Shown piece after piece: positions 9,901 to 20,600 of a stretch of 64,000 nucleotides of DNA. The position numbers were made by a program, and so were the translations under genes. The notes beneath the pieces were generated by a model. That model worked only from the letters and a program-made list of their open reading frames with translations, ran no database searches and was not told where the DNA came from. This stretch comes from an uncultured virus (IMG/VR IMGVR_UViG_3300027877_000003). Its lineage: Duplodnaviria; Heunggongvirae; Uroviricota; Caudoviricetes. Positions within the stretch are counted from its first letter, which is position 1. Each line of letters opens with the position of its first letter. Location: the IMG/VR virus record IMGVR_UViG_3300027877_000003. One strand, written 5' to 3'.

Positions 9901-10401
9901 TTGAGTACAACTACAACAGATTATTTAATTCAAGATTTAAGGTTACATCTTGGAGATATTAACCCATCTTCCTATCGGTATACTGATGAATGGTTGAATA
10001 TAGCTTTGCTGGCTTCCATTAAATCTTTGGGTAAATGGTGGAATTTTAAGTATTTGGTAGATACATCTAACGAGGTTTATCGAAATCCAAATACTATTTT
10101 TCTATTTCCAGAACCCCCAGTAATAGAAGTCTATGATGAGAGAATTATAATCTTAATGGCATCCTTAATAATTAAAGAGGGAACTTTAGAAAATAACGCT
10201 TGGAGTACAATTAGTTGGAGAGACAATGAAATTTCATTCTCTAATTTGGAAGGAAGTAGATCCAGACAAGCATCTATCTCTAAGGATTGGGATGAGTTAA
10301 CTTCCTTACTTACTCCTCCCACAAAGCGGTTATCAAGACCGATCAAAGGCAGCTTGCCTGGATACAAAGGCAATATTTATGAGAGTGAAGGAGAATATTA
10401 A
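9901..10401 (+). CDS. Head-tail adaptor (connector) protein
   Basis: LIQDLRLHLGD...YTDEWLNIAL helical start typical of adaptors; position after capsid. Confidence 0.6.
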   Translation: MSTTTTDYLIQDLRLHLGDINPSSYRYTDEWLNIALLASIKSLGKWWNFKYLVDTSNEVYRNPNTIFLFPEPPVIEVYDERIIILMASLIIKEGTLENNAWSTISWRDNEISFSNLEGSRSRQASISKDWDELTSLLTPPTKRLSRPIKGSLPGYKGNIYESEGEY

Positions 10402-10423
10402 ATTTTAATTAAAGGAGAGGCAA

Positions 10424-11668
10424 ATGAAAAGATTATTATGGCTGTCAGATGGAGTGATTCCGACAGGATTTTCTAGAGTCGCACACTCCATTATTGGGCA
10501 TTTACCAGAAGAGGAATATGAAATTCATCACTTAGCTGTGAATTATTATGGAGATCCTCATCAGTATAAACACAAAATTTATCCCGCAGTATCTAAAGGA
10601 AATATTTATGGATTGAATAGAATCCACGAGTTTAAAAATAAAAGTCTTACCGGGATTTTTATTTTAAACGATCTTTGGGTGGTAGATTTATATCTAAAGA
10701 AAATAAAAGAAGAATTCAAAAATAATATTCCCCCGATAATTGTATACTTTCCAGTAGATGCTGAAAACTTTGATGAAGAATGGTTTAGTAATTTTGATAT
10801 AGTTACACAAGCAGTTGTGTATACAAAGTTTGGATACAACGTAGCTAAAGCTGCTTATCCAAACCACGAATTTAAAATCATTCCTCATGGTGTATCTACG
10901 GATATTTTTTACAAGTTAGGGGATGATAAAAGAAAAATAAAAGAATCGCTATATCCAAAACGTGCAGAATTTTTAGACGATTCTTTTATTGTGCTTAATG
11001 CAAATAGAAACCAGCCTAGAAAAAGAATTGATGTAGCCGTAGAAGGATTTGGATTATTCTCTAAAAATAAACCAGAGAATGTAAAATACTATCACCACGC
11101 AGGTCTTCAAGATGCTGGATGGAACATATTAAAATTAGCGAAGACTTTCAACATAGATAAAAGAATTATCCTAACTAATATGGAAGCCAATGTTCAAAGG
11201 GTTTCAGACACAAAATTAAATCTAATTTACAATGCAACCGACGTAGGATTGAATACAAGCTTGGGAGAAGGTTGGGGATTGCCAAATGTTGAACACGCTG
11301 CTACAGGATCGGTTCAAGTCGTTTCTGCTAATAGTGCCAGTCAAGAATTGTTTGAAGATTGTGGATTGTTAATTCCTGTTTCACAACATTTATATTTTGA
11401 AAGAATATTGACTAAAGGACTTTTAGTTAGACCAGAAGATGTTGCAGATAGATTACAGTTTCTTTATGATAACAGAGATGCAATGAAAGCATTGTCAGAT
11501 CTTTGTTATGCAAAGTTTACCAGTGAGAAATATAGTTGGGAAGCTATAACTAAGAAATGGGATGAACTATTTTCTGAAATTTTTATAGAGAAAAAACCAG
11601 TTGAGACAGAGAAAGAAGAGGTAATAAATGACGAAATCGGGCCAGAACGTGACGATATATCAGGGTGA
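10424..11668 (+). CDS. GT-B fold glycosyltransferase, family 4
   Basis: TGFSRVAH, IIPHGV, NANRNQPRKRID, IYNATDVGLNTSLGEGWGLPNVE (E-x7-E motif). Confidence 0.9.
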   Translation: MKRLLWLSDGVIPTGFSRVAHSIIGHLPEEEYEIHHLAVNYYGDPHQYKHKIYPAVSKGNIYGLNRIHEFKNKSLTGIFILNDLWVVDLYLKKIKEEFKNNIPPIIVYFPVDAENFDEEWFSNFDIVTQAVVYTKFGYNVAKAAYPNHEFKIIPHGVSTDIFYKLGDDKRKIKESLYPKRAEFLDDSFIVLNANRNQPRKRIDVAVEGFGLFSKNKPENVKYYHHAGLQDAGWNILKLAKTFNIDKRIILTNMEANVQRVSDTKLNLIYNATDVGLNTSLGEGWGLPNVEHAATGSVQVVSANSASQELFEDCGLLIPVSQHLYFERILTKGLLVRPEDVADRLQFLYDNRDAMKALSDLCYAKFTSEKYSWEAITKKWDELFSEIFIEKKPVETEKEEVINDEIGPERDDISG

Positions 11669-11972
11669 TTATAGAATTCTTGAAGTAACTGTACTAGATG
11701 AAACGGATGCTCCAAGAGATGTTACTGGATATTTAGCAACTTGGGTTGTTTATAAACCGACTACAAAGGAAATTGTATTAACTAAAACAGTTGGTTCTGG
11801 AATTTCTGTACTTGTAGGAGCGGTGTTTGATATTACTTTAGAACCAGAAGACACCATTAATTTATTGGGACAATATAATCATGAGTGTGAACTTTTAGAT
11901 AATAGTTCACATCCATTTACTATTTTAACTGGTTACTTTAAAGTATTCTCCAGTGAAGCGAATCATCCATGA
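11628..11972 (+). CDS. BppU N-terminal-like Ig-fold structural/adaptor protein
   Basis: QNVTIYQGDYRILEVTVLD...DVTG...FDITLEPEDT..L.G.Y.HE pattern, 114 aa. Confidence 0.55.
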   Translation: MTKSGQNVTIYQGDYRILEVTVLDETDAPRDVTGYLATWVVYKPTTKEIVLTKTVGSGISVLVGAVFDITLEPEDTINLLGQYNHECELLDNSSHPFTILTGYFKVFSSEANHP

Positions 11973-12871
11973 GCAAAGTATCTATAATTATTCCTTCTAG
12001 AAATGAAATTTTTCTTGCTGAAACAGTAAAAGATCTTTTAACAAAAGCCAGTGGAGATATAGAAGTAATTGCTTTTTTAGATGGCTATTGGCCAGATGGA
12101 AACACAACTCATAATTTAGATTTATGGAATGAATTATTAGTTTCTGAAAATCCAAACATTGTTATATTACGTATAAACAATGCCAAGGGAATGAGGAACG
12201 CTATCAATTCTGCTGCCTCAATTGCTAGAGGAGAATATCTTCTAAAGTGTGACGCTCACTGTATGTTTGGTGAAGGATACGATGAAATATTAAAAGCAGA
12301 TATGCAAGATAATTGGATAGTAATTCCTCCTAGATATTCTCTAGATGCAGAGAATTGGAAGATAGAGGATAATGGAAAACCTAGAAGAGATTATCATTAT
12401 CTTTGTTATCCAGACCCAAATAAAGATCATGATCATGGTATGCATGGTGTAGAGTGGTGGAGTAGAGGCAGAGAAAGAGCCGATTATATTATAGACGATA
12501 ATATGTCTTTTCAAGGAAGTTGTTGGTTCATGAAGAAAACTTGGTTTACTGATTTCTTAGGGGGAATGAGTGAAGTAGGCTATGGAACATTTAGCCAAGA
12601 GCCTCAAGAAATTGGATTAAAAACATGGTTAGGTGGTGGAGAAATCAAAGTAAATAAAAATACTTGGTACGCTCATTTACATAAAGGATCGAGGTATGGA
12701 AGAATGTATAAAATAAATCAGAAAGAAATAATAAATTCTCATGATTGGGCTGCTAGACATTGGATGAATAATGAATGGGAAAAAAGAATTCATAATATAG
12801 ATTGGCTTATTGAAAAGTTCTGGCCTGTCCCTACATGGCCAGAAGACCGTTCTTTATGGGTAGCCCCATGA
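11969..12871 (+). CDS. GT-A glycosyltransferase (GT2/GT27-like), paralog 1
   Basis: SIIIPSRNE, GMRNAINSAA, KCDAHC (DxH), QEPQEIGLKTWLGGG..WYAHLHK. Confidence 0.85.
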   Translation: MSKVSIIIPSRNEIFLAETVKDLLTKASGDIEVIAFLDGYWPDGNTTHNLDLWNELLVSENPNIVILRINNAKGMRNAINSAASIARGEYLLKCDAHCMFGEGYDEILKADMQDNWIVIPPRYSLDAENWKIEDNGKPRRDYHYLCYPDPNKDHDHGMHGVEWWSRGRERADYIIDDNMSFQGSCWFMKKTWFTDFLGGMSEVGYGTFSQEPQEIGLKTWLGGGEIKVNKNTWYAHLHKGSRYGRMYKINQKEIINSHDWAARHWMNNEWEKRIHNIDWLIEKFWPVPTWPEDRSLWVAP

Positions 12872-13764
12872 ATAAAGTTTCTATTATTATACCATCCAGA
12901 GATGAAGAATATTTAAACAGTACAATTAAAGATTTATTAAATAAAGCGGTATGGGATGTAGAAATAATTGTAATTTTAGATGGATATACTTCTCATCCTC
13001 TTCCAGATTATGATCCTAGAATTAGATATCTACAATTACCAGAACCAATGGGAATGAGACATGCAATTAACTTAGGAGCTAATCTGGCAACTGGAAAATA
13101 TTTAATGAAGTTAGATTCTCATTGTGTAATGAGTGAAGGTTATGATCTTATCTTCCAAGAATACTGTGATGATGATTGGGTAGTGGTAGCTAGAAGAAAA
13201 GAATTAAGTCCTGAATGGATAGTTACTGAACCTACAGCGGATTATTTTTATATGAGTAATCCTTGGACTTCTCCTAATGGTTATATGAGAATGTCCAGAT
13301 GGATCACTAGAGATAAACAAAGAGAAAGCATGTTACATGATGAAACAATGTGTTTCTCTGGAAGTATCTGGTTTATGTCTAAAGATCATTTCTTCAAAAG
13401 AATTAAAACAATGGATGAAGAAAGGTTTGGTCAATGGTCTGGAGAACCAGAAGAAATTTCATGTAAAACTTGGTTAAGTGGTGGGAAGGTTATAATCAAT
13501 AAAGATATCTATCACGCCCACCTTAGGAAAGATAAAATAGGAAGACCTTATCACATTTCTTGGAATTCAGCTTTAAAGGGTTTACAAGAAAGTGCTAGAT
13601 ATTGGTCTAGTGATGAATGGCCTGACAGGATATATAATTTTGAATGGCTGATAGATCACTTCTGGCCTTTGCCTACTAAAGAACATCATTGTAATGGAGA
13701 AAGGTATTTTTGGGAGTACGACTGGAAGGAGAGGTATTTATGGAAGACATTAAATTTTTCTTAG
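12868..13764 (+). CDS. GT-A glycosyltransferase (GT2/GT27-like), paralog 2
   Basis: SIIIPSRDE, KLDSHC, WSGEPEEISCKTWLSGG..HAHLRK. ATG 12868 overlaps the upstream TGA. Confidence 0.85.
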   Translation: MNKVSIIIPSRDEEYLNSTIKDLLNKAVWDVEIIVILDGYTSHPLPDYDPRIRYLQLPEPMGMRHAINLGANLATGKYLMKLDSHCVMSEGYDLIFQEYCDDDWVVVARRKELSPEWIVTEPTADYFYMSNPWTSPNGYMRMSRWITRDKQRESMLHDETMCFSGSIWFMSKDHFFKRIKTMDEERFGQWSGEPEEISCKTWLSGGKVIINKDIYHAHLRKDKIGRPYHISWNSALKGLQESARYWSSDEWPDRIYNFEWLIDHFWPLPTKEHHCNGERYFWEYDWKERYLWKTLNFS

Positions 13765-14399
13765 AAACAAATTATCCGCTTGCAAAAGATTCTTATGATT
13801 ATATCTACCCACAGGGAGCGGCTGTAGATAATAATCGTAGACCAGAATTCAATCAAGAACTAAAAAATTTTCCAGGAAGCGTTTTAGATTTGGGGTGTGC
13901 TGGAGGAGGATTTATTAAAGATTGTGTAGACGAGGGAAGAATAGCTATCGGATTAGAGGGAAGTGATTATTGTAAAAAATTTAATAAATATGAATGGGCT
14001 ACAATTCCAGATAATTTATTTACTTGTGATATTACTAAACCATTTATATTACATATAGGAAATATAAAACCTTATAAATTTAACATCGTAACTATGTGGG
14101 AAGTTTTTGAACATATAGAAAAGAAAGATATAGATCAAGTATTTGAAAACATAAGAAATCATTTATCTGACAGCGGAATTTTTCTTTGTACAATTACTAG
14201 AGGACATAGCCCACATGACTTCTATAGAGAAGTTGATCTACACAGAACCAGAGAAAAAAGGGAGTGGTGGTTAAAACAATTTATACATAATGGATTTATT
14301 GAGGATGAGCAAGTTGAAGAAAAATTTGCTGGAAAATGGATGAGAGAAAGCAGAAGTAATTATAAACTTGCTTTCAGAAAGGATTTGAAAAGTGGCTAA
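13740..14399 (+). CDS. Class I SAM-dependent methyltransferase
   Basis: VLDLGCAGGG, IGLEGS, TCDITKP, WEVFEHI, NHLSDSGIF. ATG 13740 after GGAGAGG. Confidence 0.85.
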   Translation: MEDIKFFLETNYPLAKDSYDYIYPQGAAVDNNRRPEFNQELKNFPGSVLDLGCAGGGFIKDCVDEGRIAIGLEGSDYCKKFNKYEWATIPDNLFTCDITKPFILHIGNIKPYKFNIVTMWEVFEHIEKKDIDQVFENIRNHLSDSGIFLCTITRGHSPHDFYREVDLHRTREKREWWLKQFIHNGFIEDEQVEEKFAGKWMRESRSNYKLAFRKDLKSG

Positions 14400-15297
14400 G
14401 GTATCAATATTAATTCCTTCTCGTAATGAAACTTATAAAACTAATTTTGGAACTACAGTTCTACAACAAACAGTTATAGATGTATTAGAAAAAGCTACTG
14501 GAGATTATGAAGTTCTGGTTATATTTGATGGAGAACCTTATCAGGATTTACCTGAGCATAAAAATCTAACGGTGTTCTATAACAAATCCCCAACAGGATC
14601 TAAGAAATGTATCAGTAAATTAATTAATAGATCTACAGGAAAATTCGTATTCAAATTAGACTCTCATTGTATGGTAGCAGAAGGATTTGATGAAGTATTG
14701 CAAAAAGATGTAGAAGATAATTGGGTAGTTATTCCTAGATTTTATGTACTAAATGCTGAGGAATGGAAGTGGCAAGATGAAAGATTTTACGATTATTTTT
14801 ATCTGCCCTGTCCTTTAACTGATAAGAAGCAATTCAGATTTCAAGCTGGAGGACATTGGAAAGAAAGAACCAAAGAAAGATTAGATATTTCTATAGATGA
14901 GAATATGAAACTTCATGGTTCTGCTTTTTTTATGAGCAAAGATTTCTTTATAAATTGTATAAAGGAATTAGATTCAAAGTACGATGATTGTAGTGGAGAA
15001 GATATAGAGATAAGTTTGAAAACGTGGCTAGGATCTTGGGGTGGAAAATTAATGGTAAACAAAAATACTTGGTATGCACACATGCATAAGGGTGGCCAAA
15101 GACCGAGAGGTTATCATATGGGAGGAGAACAAATTAAAAATACATATGATTTTATAGCTAACTATTGGATGAGGAATTCTTGGGAAGAAAGAGAACACGA
15201 TTTGGAATGGTTAATAGAAAAATTTTATCCTGTTCCTACTTGGCCTGAAAACTGGAAAGAACTTTGGAATGAATGGAAAGGAGTTAATAATGAATAA
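14392..15297 (+). CDS. GT-A glycosyltransferase (GT2/GT27-like), paralog 3
   Basis: SILIPSRNE, KLDSHC, SGEDIEISLKTWLG..GG..WYAHMHK, WLIEKFYPVPTW. Confidence 0.85.
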   Translation: MAKVSILIPSRNETYKTNFGTTVLQQTVIDVLEKATGDYEVLVIFDGEPYQDLPEHKNLTVFYNKSPTGSKKCISKLINRSTGKFVFKLDSHCMVAEGFDEVLQKDVEDNWVVIPRFYVLNAEEWKWQDERFYDYFYLPCPLTDKKQFRFQAGGHWKERTKERLDISIDENMKLHGSAFFMSKDFFINCIKELDSKYDDCSGEDIEISLKTWLGSWGGKLMVNKNTWYAHMHKGGQRPRGYHMGGEQIKNTYDFIANYWMRNSWEEREHDLEWLIEKFYPVPTWPENWKELWNEWKGVNNE

Positions 15298-15931
15298 TAC
15301 TTTGAATTATTTTGTAGAAACTTTTGGACTTGACTTGTCTAATCCTTCTCCTATAACTCTGCGTTATAGTAGATATAATATTATAAATGCATTTAGAGAA
15401 CTTAATTTTTCAATGGGTGTAGAAGTTGGAACTGAACACGGAAGATATGCAGAAAAAGTAGTATCAAGTAATCCACAACTCAAATTATATTGTGTAGATC
15501 CGTACCTAGCCATACCTTATTATGAAGCATATAAAGAACAAGAAGAAGTGGATTCATTTTATGAAGTAGCTAAAAATAGACTTAGTGAATATAATTGTGT
15601 AATATTAAAGACAACTAGCATGGAAGCAGTTAAACAATTTGAAGATAATGGTTTAGATTTCGTTTTTATAGATGCTGATCATAGATTTGAATTTGTAATT
15701 AATGATCTTATTTACTGGTCTAGGAAAGTTAAGCCTGGGGGAATTGTATATGGACATGATTATATTGATGACTTTCAAGTAAAACAAGCAGTTCATGTTT
15801 ATACTGATGTATATAAAATCAATCCTTGGTTTATTTTACATAAGGGAGGAAGACTCATAGATAGCTGGATGTTTGTTAGACAAGAAACCGATCAAATTTT
15901 CCTTCCAAAAGATAGTTATTGGTATCAATAA
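15290..15931 (+). CDS. Class I SAM-dependent methyltransferase (Methyltransf_24-like)
   Basis: GVEVGTEHG, LYCVDPY, DFVFIDADH, KVKPGGIVYGHDY. ATG 15290 after AAGGAG. Confidence 0.85.
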   Translation: MNNTLNYFVETFGLDLSNPSPITLRYSRYNIINAFRELNFSMGVEVGTEHGRYAEKVVSSNPQLKLYCVDPYLAIPYYEAYKEQEEVDSFYEVAKNRLSEYNCVILKTTSMEAVKQFEDNGLDFVFIDADHRFEFVINDLIYWSRKVKPGGIVYGHDYIDDFQVKQAVHVYTDVYKINPWFILHKGGRLIDSWMFVRQETDQIFLPKDSYWYQ

Positions 15932-15932
15932 A

Positions 15933-17609
15933 ATGGATCTAAGTATTTTAATTCCTGCAAGAAACGAAATTTTTTTATCTAGAACTATTGAAGATATTCT
16001 TAAAAATATAAGAGGGGATACAGAGGTCATTGCTGTTTTAGATGGTTATTGGCCAGATCCTCCAATTGATAATGATCCTAGAGTAACCATCATTTACTAT
16101 TCAACAAGCATAGGACAAAGAGCGGCTACAAATGCAGCGGCTAGACTCAGTAAAGCTAAATATGTAATGAAAGTAGATGCTCATTGTGCTTTTGATGAAG
16201 GCTTTGATGTAAAGTTAATGGAAGATATCCAGGACGATTGGACTGTAGCCCCATTAATGAAAAATTTACATGCTTTCGATTGGGTGTGTAAATCTGTTCT
16301 ACATCTTGAAAGAGATGATAAAGAAAGAAAACTACATACTCGATATCAAGGCCCATCAGGAGTTTGTAGAGAATGTGGAAAAGAAACTGTAATGGATGTA
16401 GTATGGATAGCTAAGAACAGTCCTAATAGTACGTCATACTGTTTTGACTCAGAGCCACACTTTCAATATTTTGGAGAGTATAGAAAACGTCCAGAAGGTC
16501 AAGGAGATCTAACTGAAAGCATGTCTTTACAAGGCTCTTGCTTTATGCTGACCAGAGATAAATATTTTGAGTTAGAAATGAATGATGAATCTTGGGGGAG
16601 TTGGGGATCACAAGGATTGGAAACAGCAATACGTACTTGGCTATCTGGAGGAAAAGTAATAATTAATCACAAGACTTGGTATGCCCATATGTTCAGAACT
16701 CAAGGAGGAGATTTTGGATTTCCATATCATCTTTCTGGAAGGCAAGTAGAACACGCTAAAAAAGTAGCCAGAGAATTGTTCTTTGAGAATAAATGGGATA
16801 AACAAATTAAACCTTTGTCTTGGTTAGTAGAAAAATTCTGGCCTGTTCCTGGATGGAAAGATGAAGATTTAGTTAAATTAAAAAAAGCAGACGCTAATCT
16901 TGGCCCAACTAAAGGTATTGTTTATTATACAGATAATCAACTTGATCCAAAAATAATGCAACGCTGTCAAGACCAGTTGATTTCGTCTGTGAATAGTCAT
17001 AAGATCATAAGTGTTTCATTGAATAAAATAAACTTTGGAGATAATATTACTTTAAATTTAGAGCGTGGTTATCTAACTATGTTCAAGCAAATCTTAGCTG
17101 GACTAGAAGCTTTAGATACCGATATTGTTTTCTTTTGTGAGCATGATGTATTATATCCTCCGGAACACTTTGAATTCGTTCCTCCAGAGAAAGATAAATT
17201 TTATTATAATATAAATGTATGGAAAACTGATGGAGAACATTATCTCCATTATGATTGTAAACAAACCAGTGGATTGTGTGCCTATAGAGATTTATTAATA
17301 GAGCACTATAAAAAACGAGTTGCTAACACTCAAAAGGTTTGGGATGAACAAGGGGGTAATACAAGAGGATTTAGAGACTTTATTCGTAAACAAGGTTTTG
17401 AACCTGGGACACATAATAGATCAGAAAGAGTGGACGATTATAAATCAGAAGCTTGGGAATCTACTGTTCCAATTGTTGATATTAGACATGAAAATAATTT
17501 AACTCCTAGCAGATGGAGTCAAGATCAATTTCGAGATAAACGAAATTGTCGTGGATGGTTAGAATCAAATTCGATCCCTGAATGGGGAAAAATTGAGGAA
17601 TTTATGTAA
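15933..17609 (+). CDS. Two-domain glycosyltransferase: GT2/GT27-like paralog 4 fused to a second GT-A-like domain
   Basis: SILIPARNE, KVDAHC, WGSQGLETAIRTWLSGG..WYAHMFR; the second domain has IVYYTDN and DIVFFCEHDVLY. ATG 15933. Confidence 0.85.
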   Translation: MDLSILIPARNEIFLSRTIEDILKNIRGDTEVIAVLDGYWPDPPIDNDPRVTIIYYSTSIGQRAATNAAARLSKAKYVMKVDAHCAFDEGFDVKLMEDIQDDWTVAPLMKNLHAFDWVCKSVLHLERDDKERKLHTRYQGPSGVCRECGKETVMDVVWIAKNSPNSTSYCFDSEPHFQYFGEYRKRPEGQGDLTESMSLQGSCFMLTRDKYFELEMNDESWGSWGSQGLETAIRTWLSGGKVIINHKTWYAHMFRTQGGDFGFPYHLSGRQVEHAKKVARELFFENKWDKQIKPLSWLVEKFWPVPGWKDEDLVKLKKADANLGPTKGIVYYTDNQLDPKIMQRCQDQLISSVNSHKIISVSLNKINFGDNITLNLERGYLTMFKQILAGLEALDTDIVFFCEHDVLYPPEHFEFVPPEKDKFYYNINVWKTDGEHYLHYDCKQTSGLCAYRDLLIEHYKKRVANTQKVWDEQGGNTRGFRDFIRKQGFEPGTHNRSERVDDYKSEAWESTVPIVDIRHENNLTPSRWSQDQFRDKRNCRGWLESNSIPEWGKIEEFM

Positions 17610-20600
17610 TGGCACGTGTATGGCATAGTGGTTGGGAACTGAATAACCCCGCTTCAGTAGAATGGACAAGTACGATAGTTAGCACAGGCGCTATCTCAAG
17701 TTCAATCGTACGAAGTGGTTCATATTCATATCAAATTACTTCCCTTGTATCGACGACATCCAAAGGAGAACGTTTTGCGTACTTAGGAAGTGAAGCCACT
17801 AATGAACATTATTTCAGATTGTGTCTTTATGTAACAACCTTTCCAGGTGCGGAGAATCGGATTGCCATTTGGAATGACGGGTCTGGTACGGCCACACCTG
17901 GAGTTTACTTAACACTAGATAACTCTGGTGTCCTCAGGCTATACGATGAGGATGGTCAGATTACTGGAACAACCACTCTTTCAACTGGTCAGTGGTATAT
18001 CATTGAAGTCCACTACTCAAATACTGGTGGAGCAGGTGCTTGTGTAGTTGAAGCCAGAGTCAATCTGGCATCTCCTTTTGCTAGTTCATCTACACGTAGT
18101 ATTGCCTCCAATAATAGTCCCTTCCATTTCTTTGTCGGTGGCAATCTAAATGGCGAAGCTAATACAGTTGGTGAATGGTATTTTGATGATATTGCGATCA
18201 ATGATACTACTGGATCGTTTCAGAATAACTGGCCTGGGGACGGACATATCGTACATGCTCATCCTAACGAGGCAGGTGAATACAGTGACTGGACGAACAC
18301 CTATGCCAACGTCGATGAGGTTACGCCGGATGATGCAGTAACTCTATGTGCATCGAACACGCTCAACCAGATTGACGATCACGGGATGGTCACGCCTGCT
18401 GAACTAGAATCGGGCGATACAATCAATGTGGTCAGCGTGGGTGTGAGGTATAACGGAGCAGGGGCGGCAGATAATGCCTCGTTTGTGGTACGCATCAAAA
18501 CTGGTGCAGGGGCGACACCAGAAGAATCTAGTGCCATTACTCCTGCAAGTACAACTTGGTATACAAACGCCGGGGCTGCACCTCAGTTATATCCATTAAC
18601 TCTTTATGATTTGCCAGGAGCGTCAACAACGGCTTGGACTAAATCTTCTCTGGATGCCGCTCAAATCGGATACAGATGCTCAACGGCTAATACCAATAAT
18701 GCTCAGGTATCGACTATATGGGCATTGATCGATTATACACCAGTGCCATCTTCATCCGTTTCTCCGTCTATTTCACAAAGTCTCAGTTTAAGTGCATCAC
18801 CAAGTCTAAGTCAATCTGCCAGTATCAGCCCATCTATAAGTCCGTCTTTTTCAGCTAGTCCAAGTCCTGCTGTTGGAATACTCGTTGATATAGATTTTGA
18901 AGAAAATAATCTTAATGAATTTGATAGTGTAGTAAATCCTGATGATGATCTAACCGTAAATGCTGGTTATGCTTTAGGAGGTACTAGTTACGGACTTGGC
19001 TGCCGAATAGATGATACAAATCCGGCGTACGGCATTAAATCTGGATTCCAAAGTTTAACAGGAGATGTTCGTGCTCGTTTTCTTTTTGATCCAAATGGAA
19101 TGCTCAAAGAAGTTTATACAGTATATCTGCTTCAACTTCAAAATATTTCAGATACAAATTTTGCATGGGTGGGAGTTTATTGTGATGCGGATAGTTATAG
19201 CATACGAGCAGCACTTATTGAAGACGATGGAACAGCGGTAGTTACATCAATTGTTTTAGGTGAAATTACCGATGCCGAACATTGTGCTGAGATTTATGTT
19301 CAACGGGCAACAGGTGAAAGTTCTAACGATGGATCATTGCAATTATGGATTGATGGGGTATCCATTCAAACTGTAACTGGGGACAATTTTAATAGATTTG
19401 GATCATTTAATAAAATATTATTTGGTATACCCGCAGTTGGTGGTGGTGCGACTAGTACAATATTTTTAGATGAATTAATTATCAATGATACTGGAAATGA
19501 AATCGGTTGTGCAATACCAAGTGCATCAGTTTCCCCTTCAATTTCCCAAAGCTTTTCTATTTCTCCAAGTGCAAGTATAAGTTTTTCTGCAAGTGTGAGT
19601 CAATCAGTTTCTGTAAGTATAAGTCCTTCTGTTTCAGTTTCAGTTTCTCCATCAGTTTCTCTGAGTATTTCTCCAAGTGTGAGTCAATCAGCTTCACCGA
19701 GTCCAAGCGCACCAATTGGAATACTCGTTGATATAGATCATGAGGAAAACAATTTCTCTGATTATGACAGCGTAGTAGATGTGGACGGAGATCTATCTGT
19801 TACATCTAGTGCGGCATTGGGCGAGACAAATTATGGTCTTGCTTGTTTAATAGACGATGTAAATATAATGTACGGTGAAGTAACCAGCCTTCACAGTATG
19901 ACCGGAGATTTACGTGCTCGTTTCCATATCAATCCGCATGGATTGAACATGGCTGATGGGGATACAATAACTCCTTTAATTCTTTACAATGAAACAATTG
20001 GATTTACTATTGCCGCTGTCCGACTTGGATATACTACTGCTAATGGATATTTTATAGGAGTAGGTTTTGTTAATGATGCTGTCCAATATTTTTGGACAAC
20101 CGATTTACTAGGTGTTATTACTAATCAAGAACACTGTGTTGAGTTTTACCTACAACGAGCAACTACTGTAGATTCAATTGATGGTTCATTACAGTTATGG
20201 ATTGACGGCGTTTCTATAGAAACGATCTCTGGAAAGGATAATTATGACAGATTTGCATCGTTTAATACACTTCGATTTGGTGTAGTATACACAGCAGCTA
20301 CCACAACAGGAACTTTTTATTTAGATGAATTAATAATTAATGATACTGGAACAGAGATAGGTTGTTTAGCTATACCTTCAGGATCTATTTCTCCTTCAAT
20401 TAGCCCTTCAGCTTCTGTAAGTATAAGTGTAAGTCCATCAATTTCTGTTTCAATTTCTCCATCTATTTCTCCGAGCATTTCTCCTTCATTTTCAGTAAGT
20501 GCTTCTATATCCCCAAGTGGAAGTATTTCAGCTAGTGTAAGTCCATCGGCTTCCGAAAGTCCAAGTGCAGTTGAGAGTGCCAGTGAATCTCTTTCGGTCA

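Noticed and set aside
139..17609. Bacterial LPS/capsule locus or chimeric contig
   Set aside because: The GT genes overlap or abut terminase and virion genes on the same strand with similar composition, and there is no flippase, polymerase or export gene.
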